NCBI GenBank assembly: GCA_965202585.1
Contig: OZ241829.1
Location: 50,716,001 to 50,780,000 of the forward strand
Direction of reading: 5' to 3'
DNA length: 64,000 nucleotides
Origin: Thalia democratica
Lineage: Eukaryota
The number at the start of each line of letters is the position of its first letter. The stretch's first letter is position 1. Of the stretch, positions 27,801-39,800 are shown one piece after another. The position numbers were made by a program, and so were the translations under genes. Below the pieces are notes generated by a model. That model was not told where the DNA came from. It saw only the letters and a program-made list of their open reading frames with translations, and made no database searches.

Positions 27801-30800
27801 AAAGATATTCTAACACCCAATATTCAGACTGTTAGCTAAAAAAAAGTTAGTCGCAGAGAAGTCAGTGACTAGTTAAATAGTTAGAAAAGATCTTTCTATT
27901 TTACATAAGCTAGTTATCACTTCAACTCTACCATTTAACGATGGCACACAACTTGAAAAAACAAGATGGATCCCTCCCTGCTCTTGCTCTGAAAAATTTT
28001 TCTGAAAAATTGAAAAAAACATTTACTAATTTTACATAGGGTTTTCTTATCACATGTTTAAATTATTATGTTAAGTTTTTAAGTTTGTTAAGGTTTATTA
28101 TTAGTTTATGAACAATTAATATACCATTAATCAGACAAACTAATATTTTTTTAGCTATTATAGGAAAGAGTATAGTTCACAAACAGATTATATTTATATA
28201 AGAATATACAACTTATTTATAATATTTGTAAAAAATTCTTTGTAGTGTTGTTTTCTATTTTTAGTCTAATTATTGAACATTGTAATGTTGTTTAATTTGT
28301 TTAAAATTCCTAGAAATTTTCTAAGACAAAGTAATTTTTAGGCTACAAAACGAACTGCTAAAATGTCAAGAAGAGCTGACTGAAGTTTTAAGAGTAAAAA
28401 GACATGTATTAAATGAACAGGAAAATAAAGATAATATAATACAAAAGCTTGAAAGAAAACTTGAATTAAAACACCAAGAAGTAAGATATAAATAATATTT
28501 TTATTAAAAAACACAATCTTGAATAAGAAGAAAAATTCTGCAAAAACCCAAATTAAAAGAAGTTTTATAATTACATAAAATATAAACTTTAATTAAGTAT
28601 ATACTACAAAAACACTTTTATATGACAATGATAAAGATAAAACAGTAACCTCTGATTTTGAAATAGCCTCACTTTTTAACAGAAGTTTTCAAAAAGTATT
28701 TAGAAAAGATGATAACCATGGAAATTTTAAACTAGCTCAAAAAATTTTTAGTAAAATAGAATTTTTTTTTATAATTCATGAAGACATTAAAAATTCGATT
28801 GACCAACTATAAGATAAAATCATTAGAACCCCAGAAAATATCCAACCTTATTTTATTAAGTATGCAATTCCATCAATAATTTTTCCACTTTCATTAATTT
28901 TCAATTGCTCTATAGAATTGGCTGAAGTACCAAAACAATAGAACATGTCTTTTGTCATTCCAGTCCATAAGAAAGGTAACAAACACAACGCGTTATACTA
29001 TAGGCCAATATCTTTAACTAGTAGTTTTTCTTGAATTTTTGAACGCATTATACCTATAAAAATTCTTAATCCACTGTTTGACTATAATTTACTATCTCAT
29101 AAACAATTTGTTTTTTTCCCAAACCTTTCGTCAAATATCTAACTGTTAACATGTTTACATTCATAGACAGTTCCTTATCTCAAAAAAAATATATTAAAGT
29201 ATACTTATATTTAAAAAGCATTCGATTCAGTATCACACAAACGATTATTAAAAATATTGAGTCTGTATGGACTACATGAATGCTTATAGAAGTGATTCAA
29301 TGATTTCTTTAATTGGGAGATCACAAAAAGTGGTCATTAATGATACGCTGTCAGACTCTTAAACAATATACAATGGTGTACCACAAGGTGGTGTAATTGG
29401 TAGTAATTTGCATTAAGGGTATTACTTCAAACATTTATTTAAAATTGATATGAGTTTGGTTGCAGATGATACAAAAAAAATTAGTGCGTCAAATATCTCT
29501 TTGCAATTTACTCTGGCTAAAAACAAGAAACCTGAATTTAAATCCTTGCAAATGTAAAATTCTAAATATTTAAAAATATTACAAAATACATTTCATTTTT
29601 CTCAAATTTATTCGAGTACTTTCATAGTAAGGCTCATCAGAAATTGTTTGTTACTAGTTAAACTAAATTGAAATTGAAATAAAACTATACTGTAGTATAA
29701 GGTTTTAAAATATAAAATGACTTAATAATCGAAAATTAAAACTAACTAAAATCTTATACTATAGAACTTTGCTGTACTAATAAAACTCGTTAGATTAAAA
29801 TCAAACTAACATAAACCAGCGATAAAAATGAAAATAAAACTATACTTTTGAAAATTTTAACAGGGAAAAAATTACTTTAAAATTACTTAATATAAGGATT
29901 TAAAAAGTCTAGTCTAGTTTACAAACTTTTTCTGCTTAAATAAACTGGGCCTTAAAGATTGAATGCATAAGGCTTTCAGAATATGTATTTTGTTATATTT
30001 TATAAATAAGTTATGCACTGGAAAAAAAGCTGTTCTATTCATTAAGAAAAACAAACCGTTTGAGCGGATTGACCATTAATCAACAACACTAATATACCAA
30101 CAGTTAAAGTTTTTAAGGATTTAGGAATATATACCTCTGAAAGTTCAAAATAAAATGAACACATAATTTATTTATATAAAGTTGCACACATTTCATCCTT
30201 TAAAATATTAAAAAGTTTTAAAACTAGTTCAGCTAATCAACTGGCAAAACTATTTAAAAAATACGTTCGTCCTAAGCTTGTGTACAACACCCAAATTTGA
30301 TCACCCTATTTAAAAAATATATTAATAAAATTAAGTCTGTGCAAATAAATTTTACCCGTTTTATATGTAGTCATTGTAACATTTCAATACATCATACAAT
30401 GATAGATTAGTTAGCCTTAAATTGAAATCTCTAAAATATAGAAGATGGGAATTTGATTTATTTGCTTTTTATAAATTTAGTAATGGCAAATATAAGGTTT
30501 AATTCAGTCAAATTTTCAGATTTTCTCATAATAAATATCAGTTAAGAGGAAATAATAAAAAAATAAAATGTGTACATTGTTTTAACAACAGTCAGTGGCA
30601 AGGTTCATTTTTTCACAGAGCTAAGTTGCCACAGGATGTGGTATTGTGTGAGAGGGTGGAACATTTTTGCTTAAAACTAAAAATATTTAATTTAAATACT
30701 ATAAAGATCAGTAAAATCCATTATTTCCATTAAAAACAATAAAACAAAAAATTTTTAATAGTTTATCTCATCTAAATTAAGTAGTGATTTATTTATTTTT

Positions 30801-33800
30801 ATAATTTTTAATACTAATTGTTTTTTTACTTCCCTGCGTCTCCTCCCTAACAGAATATTAATTTAATTTTATTAATTTTGTACAATCATTTGTTTATATG
30901 CTTATACTTTCTTATAAATGTGCATTTATTATTTCTTCTTTGTATGTATTAAGTTATCGCCTTTTATATTTAGCAAATAAGTTTAAACTTATTAATGAGT
31001 TTTTTATTATTTTCACTTAGTTAAGTTTATGTTTATTTTTTGTGAAATATCAATTTATTTTATTTTTATTTTCTTCTTGTGTGTCCTCTTGAAGTAGCTA
31101 AGGTTTTGATTCCTGAGTCCAACATTGCACAATAAACAATATAATAGTATAATAAAATTGGTAGATGTAGTTACTTCTTATTTTAATATCAAAAAATAAA
31201 TTTTTAATGTAAATAGACTTCAAGTTCTTAGAATATGAATTAAAAATGATAAGATTGATATTTAATGATCATTACTAACTATTTTCATTGATTATTGTTG
31301 TAATATAATATTTTTGTATAAATGTTTATGAAATTCACTTTTGTAATTATAAAAAAAATCTGTTTTGATTAATTGAATCAAAATGTTTTGAGAATTTAAA
31401 TAATGTGGTGTAAGTTTTGTAGCTAAGTACTTTGAAGTTTGGTCGATTTTCAAACTTTTAGTTTAATAATAAAAAAATGATAAATAAAGTGCTAATAAAT
31501 TAAAAAAAAACACAATAATAATATGTGTTTTTTTAGCAATTGTTCTAAAAAAAAACTAAATAATAAAACTTACTTATTTTCTCTAAAAATAAAATAATAA
31601 TAGTTGGAGGTTACAAAAACTCAAGTTGTAAATCCAACTAAATTAGAAGCAATTAAAGGAGAAATTTCAAAGGAACTTGAAGGTCCCATCAAAGATTATA
31701 TGATTTCTATGGATAAGGTTATAATCTTATATTAGCAGTTTTGATTATGTTTATTATAAAAATATAAAGATTGTATACAAGTTTAAAGTTATTTCATACT
31801 TGTGAGGTATCTTAAGCATTTAAAATCTTTTGTTTTTTAATTGATGTTTTAACCTTTTCGTCTTATAATTTACTGGGTTGCCACACTCAGGCTAGTTTAG
31901 GTTTTTTGAAAAGTAGAGACAAACTTAGGCTAATTTTTTGTACCTTATGCCAGTTTTTGATCACTCAATTTGAATTTTTTGTTTCAAAGTGTCAACCTTG
32001 CTTTTATATTTAGTTTAATTAAATAATGTTTTAATTTATTAAATTTATTTCTGTTAACTTTCAGAAATAGTCAGAAACTTATATCTAAACAATATCAATT
32101 TCCTATCTAACTGATAAAGATAGTAAATTCATCAAAACAATGTTAGACTTTTATAAATGCAAATTAAACTTCAATATTAAAATCTAATAATAAGTTCTCT
32201 TTGGTTTATAGCAAAAATTATATCAATAAGTAAAAAGGCGATATCTAATAAAAGTGGAGAATTAAGTTTCTTCGAAGTAGGAGATTATTAACCTGAGTTT
32301 GGGAAACCCTGCTTTTTAACAATTTAAATATAAAGCTGCAAAAAGAAACATTGATATTAAATTGATTTATTCATTTATGTAACTATATTTAAATCTTTTA
32401 AAATTGTTTCATTTTAAACAATTAGGAAGTAGAGAAATACAGAACAGAATACAACAAGATAAGACATGAGTTTACCATGCTTCAAGCTAATGCTGATCAT
32501 ATTAAAAAAAAGCAGACGCGTGATATAGAAGAACAAAAAATGAGGTTTTTAAAAGTTTTTCAGACCATTTAACTCGATGATAAATTTATACTAGTTTTTT
32601 TAAGTGCTTTTATTTATCATCAATGTTTTAAGCCATAAACAAGGTATTGTTTTTTTGTAAACTTTTGCATCTTTGTTTACCAAAGTGCTTTTTATTTTAA
32701 ATTTGAACTGGCTGAAGATTAAAGACAATCTTTTTTTTCTTTATGAAATATATGTTCCAGTATTTTTAAAATCGTCATTTCAATAAGTTATATATATATA
32801 TATATACCCAGCTCGTGCGCATAATAAATACACATGTAAGTCGTTTTATATTATGATTTGTTATTTTATTTTACTTTACTTTGTTCAATTTAGACTTGAT
32901 AATAAAAACAATTATATAGTTGTATAACAGTCGGATTTAACATTATGTATTGCATCGATTATTAACCATTTGTTTACAATAATGTATAGTAATTACTTTT
33001 ATTTTTATTAAACACATGTATATACCTACTTTAGCTTCTAAACTTTCCTTACAGTATTTATTTTTTTTGCAGAGCTCCGTTGAAGTGTGTTAACCCGTTA
33101 ACACACAGAAACATATTTATTTGTTTATATATTTTTTAATATTCATAAATTTTGTCATCGTCATATATTTTTATTTAAAATAAAGTTTAAGTTATATAAA
33201 ACTTTTTAATTTGAAAAAAAAAACTAACTAAAAAAGCTAAAAACAGGCACCAAGCAGAATTATCAACATTAGAATATGAAAGAGATGAACTAAAAAATAA
33301 GCTTCAAATAGTAGCAAGTAGTACTGATGACAATGATAATGAGTTACTCCAATTAAAAAAAAGTAAAACTCATCTCGAACAAAGAGTAAGATTGAATTAA
33401 AAAAATATTAAATTTTAAACAAAATTTATAAATTGAAATAATATTTTTTACTTATCTTGTCTTACTACGTTTTTTTGTATTAAAAACTAAGCAGTTATAC
33501 GGAGTTTGTAAAAATTATATCGTTAGGAAAAATATTTGTTCCAAAAGCTATACTCGGTCTTCAATTGTAATCTTTAAGTTGTTTTCTAGACCTGGTTGTT
33601 TGTATAGGGCAGGGTACCCAAGTTTTTTTTTCAAAAGGCTTTCTTTAGTTAAATTAAAAAAACTACATCCCCCTTCCAACAAGATTTCTCAAATAACTAC
33701 CATGAAAACTGCTTAAGACATTTTTTTTTGCTCTTCATCATCAACTCTAGAATATTTAGTATAGGATGACCTCATAGCCCCCCTGTGACCCTTTGCTGCT

Positions 33801-36800
33801 CATGTCCCCTTAAACTTCTGTAATGGCCAATTGATCCAGTTTGGGAAACCCTGGTTTAGGGTGATTTTAATGTACTAGACATTTTTAGTACATGTTTTTG
33901 CTGTTTCAATTTTTCTTTTCATCTAAAAAGTTGTAAAGTTTATAATATCAGTCAAATACACAATGTGTTAAAATATTTTTCTCTGTTTATAGGTTTTCTT
34001 TAAAATAAATAAAGTTTTATAACAAATAAGGTTTGAATACCTTTCAAAACAAATTTCAAAGCTCTTTAATAGGGGTGTGCAGTGTACTGTACAGCCCGCG
34101 GTGAAGATCCAGCCGGCCAACAAATTTCTGGCCCATGAAATTTTTTAAGTTTGAAAAAAAAGGTTTTCAGCAATGATATAGAACTTCAAAGAACTTTTTT
34201 TATATATTTGCAGTGAAACTTTGAAAATTACACGGCTAAACGTTATTTTTATTAAGTCCAGGCCGCAAAAGATATTTTCTGGCCCGCAGAAAAGAAAAGT
34301 TGCATACTCTATGTTATAAGCTAGACAGGTTATCAAATTAGTTTTTTGTTAAACACAACCAAATGAATTTAAGGTAACGAAGTATCCAGTAAATTAGTTT
34401 CCTATGAATGCTTGTAAAAGCTTTGTTTAAAAAAAAGTATACGAACATAATCGATTTTTTTGTATTAAAAAAACAACGTGATACTTCAATTTCAATAGAG
34501 TTTTCAACAATTTTTTTCACAAAAAATAAAATTGGCTCGTATATGAAAGCTTTAAGTACAAACTACAAACCAGTTTTTGTAGAGCTTAAAAATATTATTT
34601 AACTTTTGAGATATAAATTTTTTCTAAAAGAGTTTCCGATACAAACGTATGGACCGTTATTTTTCAGGGTCAATTTTCTCTGAAATTGCAAAAATCACTA
34701 AAAATATATTTTTTCCTTCATTTTTTGAGCTAGAGACCTGTTACATTCAGGAAATGTTCCTTTAAATGTTGCGATTTTAGAAATATTGAAAAATAAATAT
34801 TTTAGATTAAAAAACAAAAAAGTAAGTGGTTTTTTTTAATAACATTTTATTTTCGAAAATTGAAAAAATTCCTGCATTAAATCTAATAGAAATTTAGTAA
34901 TGGAGTTTCTGTGAAATTTTGAAGAAGGTTGCTTTAAAATATAAAGGAGGAGATATATTTTTAATGAAATAGCCTTTTTTCGCGTTTATTGTTTGCGCCT
35001 TCCATAAGGAAACTATTGAGCACACAGGTTTTGATCGCTTATATCTCAAAAGTTAATTTGAACTTTTTTACGCAATTAAAAATGTCTAATAGCTCAGATA
35101 AAACCCTATAAAATAAGATCAACTTATAAAAATCAAGGTGAATACCTTATGCCCTTTATATACGAAAATAACTGTTCTGTATTAGCATATGGTAATATTT
35201 ATAATCAGATTTTTAAAATATAGGTTGTGACTGCATCGGGTAAAGCTGCATATACACTGCAAATGGGAACAGAAGCTTATTGATTAAAGATTAGATATAT
35301 ATAGTTTATAATTTTGGTTTAAAAAAATTTTTTTTGTCATGTCATCAAAAAATAAAAGATAAAACATCATTAATTTTGTTAACAAATTAAGTACAAATTT
35401 ATATAAAAAATCTTATTTCAACAATCCAAATCCAAACAGATATTTTTTACATGTTATAATTTTAATTCTTATGATTTTTCCATAAATCATATAACGGATG
35501 TTTGTGTAATAACTTTTGTTTAGTGAAATAAGATTTTTTACTTAAATTTGTACTTGAATAATTTGTTATTTCAATAGTAAGAACTTGGTTAATATACAAC
35601 ATTTGATTCAAATTTATTTGTAAAAATGTTTAAACACTTATTGTATAGTTTTTATTGTGTGATTTTAGTTTATATTTAATATATACTGTTAAGTTAATTT
35701 ACTAAATACTAGGTTTGCATATTACAAGAAGAGATAGACGAAGAAAGGAAGCTACGGGAAAACATAAATAGAGATATGTCATCCTTGCAAAAAAATTACT
35801 ATCAAGATATCGCTAAAATTGAAGCTAATCTAAAGACTGTTGAGGTGGGTAGTAGTTTCGGGCAGTATATACAAAGTGTATAAATATAGTATTTTTTAGT
35901 TCTGTGTTTTTAAAACACCTAAATTGAATAGTATGTTTATTTATTTTGTTTGCCACTAATAAAACAGATGGAATGCAAATCACTAGAAAGTCAATGTGAT
36001 AGATACAAACATGAATTACAAGCCAGTAACGAAAAAATATTAATTTTATCTCAAGATCTCCAACAAGCTAATAAGCAATCTGCATTTTTAAGGTTATACT
36101 TTTTTGTTTTAAGGTTATTAGTGCATTTTTCTTTATAATGATAAATAAATTTTGATGGTTTCAATTCGTATTCAATAGCTTTTTTTTTGGAAAGATATGT
36201 TACTAAGTATAGTTTTATTGTAAAAGATTGTTATATAACTTAAAAATAAAATTCTTTATAAAATACATATTTCATTCCATAATTTTTTTGAATACAATTC
36301 AACGTGACCAAAGTCTGATTGTTAAAGTATAAATTTACTGTTTACTTAGAATCATAATTCTTTTAATGAAATTTCAAAAGCCCGTCACTTAAAAGCGTTA
36401 TTTACTAAAAAATAATAGTTGAGATTTTGAAATCTTAAAATATATGAAAATGTATATAAAAACCTACATATTAGTTATATCTTTTTAATCTGACTGAAAT
36501 ACTAATTTTCAAATATAACTTTTAGTTACTGCTTTTTTATTTAAATAAGTTGTACTACTTTTATCTATGTAGTATTGTCTGACTTCAGTATTACTTTAAA
36601 TTAAAGTTTATATTTATTTCTGTAGATATATTTGGATATATATATTTTAAACTATAGAGTGTACATATTTAAGTTAATGTTTATGAACAGAGAGGAGTTA
36701 GATGAGAGTTTGCATAGAAAAAAAATAAGTGACGGCGAACAAAAAATGAATCTTCTTAAAGTAACAGGCGAACTCAAAAGAGAAAATGACAGCATGTGTG

Positions 36801-39800
36801 CCAAAAATAAAGGTTTGTGAAGTAACTAGAATGTTTTTAGTACGAAATAGCAAAGATGAGTAAAATATTTAAATGGCTAATCTGTATGTTAAGTCTTTTA
36901 TTCTTGATGTATCTTTTGAACAAATCACGCAAAAAGTTGTTATAAGTGTATTGCAGTGTTTCCTTAAAAGTTTATAAATATGGTATATACTTTTTAATAG
37001 CTTTATTATAATTTGTTTCCATAGAAATAATTACAACTATAGCTGAACTTTGTCCAAAAAGAACATATGTTTTACAAAATATATAATCCTTTGCTATTAA
37101 ATTTGGGTCAGCATTATTTATTTGAGTAAGTTTGCTAGTACTCAAAATCTTGCCCACTCGTGGCTTGCTTAGTTGCCATTTTGCAAATGCTATAAGTAAT
37201 ACTTTTCCTTGCCTGTTGCTACTACTCACAGTAGCAACACAAAGAGCTACTTTATTGGTATTATTTCAATTACAACCTTAATGCTTAAGTAAAAATATTA
37301 AGTGAACTAATTCTAAGTGTCTTTAGTTTAGTTAACTAAAGCTACTTAAATATAACTTCAACGGTGAGTTTCATCATTCTTATTGATAAAAATTCAAAGT
37401 ATTGAAACTGTACTAAAACACTTATAAAAAACTAAACTTATGAGATTCATCTGATTTATTTCCTTAGTTTCATTATGTATAATTAGTTTCATTCAGAATG
37501 ATTATAATAAAAACTAGGGGAGGGCAAATTTTCTGTTTGGCAGGCTAGTCTTACTTGAAAAACTCTTCGCAGGTCGGTTTATCTAAAAATATGTAGTATA
37601 AATTAAAAAATGTATCTAGTCAAAAATGTTTCGAAGTTATTTTTTAAGAATCACTACTGTGAGTTGAAAATTAAATTATGAGTACTCTTCAAAATACTTG
37701 TTATAAAAAATTATGTTTTGCACTACATAAACAATTTCAATTGTAAAATAAAAATTTTAGTCGTTTTGAGTTAACATTTGTACATTAATAAATAATTTAA
37801 ATTTTTGTATAAACTATTAAGTTTTTTATTAATAGACTAAATTTTATGATACTTTGAAATGAATATTAAATCAGTATTTATGTCTTTTAGATTCAAAAGG
37901 TTAACATGCAATCACCTTATTTATCAAGCTTATATAATAGTTTTTTAGTAATTTATAGTGTTCACTTTGTTTTAAAACTTTGTTGATTGAACAATTCTAC
38001 ATGATTTTTCTTCCTTTAAAAACCCTTGTTGTTCTAAATCTCTTACTTCAAGTTGATTCTTTATTCGTATTGTACTTTGTTCGAAATAAACAAACGAGTT
38101 AACTGTAGTTAGTACGAAATTTTTATTGTAAATGTTATTTTTACTAAGTTAAAAACCTAGTGAAATCGAAGAAAACTTAGTTTTCATAAAACAAAGTTTT
38201 AAATTTTCTGCTACTTAGATTCTACGGGTTAAAGTTCTACTTCACAAGTACTGCTTTAGTTTTTCTTTCCGTGTAAATGTCAGCCATATCAATCTCTGAA
38301 ATGTTGTTTCTCAGAAATTATTGGGTAGTGATGATTAATTTAAGATCCTTTAGCTAAACTAAATTAGGTCTTTTCTTGCAGTCATGCTAGATGAAAATAA
38401 TGAAGTTGCATAATAGCTGGTAGTACAAGTAGTTTAAAATTTCAAAATATCGGTTTCAATTTTTTTCATAATGGCTCTCTTTTCTTCAATCAAGCAAGTT
38501 AATTTAGTACTAATTGAGTTATAGTATTTACAACTTAGTAAAAGTCTCTCACCACTACTACTTAATGTAGATGTTTAAGTCAGCATCAACTTAAATGGTC
38601 CGTCTCTCTAATACTCTTCCTAATGCTTCTCTCTTTTAATCTCTTTCTTCTTGAATAAAACAAAAAAAAAATGTCTAAAGCTCTAAAGAATTTTAATAAA
38701 CACTTAGTTGTATTTTCTTAGTTTTAAACAAACAGTTTATTGCTATTTCACAAAAGTTATTACTTTTACTTACATTAGCTTTTAGGTTTGTAGTTTAAGA
38801 TTTCCTCAAATTAATAGCACAATGAAAATCCATCTGTCAAAAAAAAAAAAAAGTCATGAGCTAAACCTATTTCTTTCAGCCGTCGTTTCCTCAAATTATT
38901 TTGTAACTAATTTGCATTATGTTTTTGCTCTTATTGTGTATTACAGAATGTTTCTTGATTTTATTTTAATGCAAACTTTCTTATTTTTTCGTCACTACAT
39001 TACCATTTTTTTTACATTGATAGATCTTTTAATGTTTTAAGATACTAATGTATTATAATAAAATAACTCTGATTTCATTAAATAGCTTATAACACATTTA
39101 TTATCCAGTAAATATCTCTTTAATTTACTGAACAACAAGTTTAAAACAAAGAAGCCAAAAGAGAACCCACACTTAATCACTTTTAGTTTTAAAAACCATA
39201 CCATTACACATTAATAATCTTGTTAAGAGTTCTAGTTTATTTTTTTACAGCTTTTTATTTTTTAATTGAGCTCAATTGATTGCAAATGAACTTGCACTCA
39301 ATTATCATATTAATCCTTATTTGTTATTTTTTCGGCTATAAACACTAAGTACTCTCACAGATTTGTTCACACTTAGCATGGAATCGAAAAACGGAATACT
39401 TTTCAAATATTTTAAGTTCTCAAGCTTTTTTATTAGTACTTGAAGTTTTAAAAACTTACTTTACAATTTTTTTTGATAGATTAAATTTAGCCATATTTGT
39501 AGTTTCAATAAAATGCCTTAAAAATCTTTACTATATACTACTGTTTAAATGTTAAAATGTTCACTTTAGATTTAAGAAAGTCCCTGAAATATTATTTAAC
39601 TTAGATTTGGAAACTAAATTAGAGCTTCAGAAAAGTACAGTTGAAGAGTTAGAAAAAGAACTGGCTAAAGTTGAAGAAGATAACAAAGTAAAGATGCAAG
39701 ATGAAATCAAAATCGAGTTGGAAAAGTATAACACTCTTTCCAACGAAAAGTTTGTTGTTTTAAAATATGAATGTTTTTTTAATTATCTGTTAAAATAAAC

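Noticed and set aside
36972-37229. 85-aa minus-strand ORF in CEP83 intron 8
   Set aside because: No recognisable domain and no splice signals linking it to other exons.
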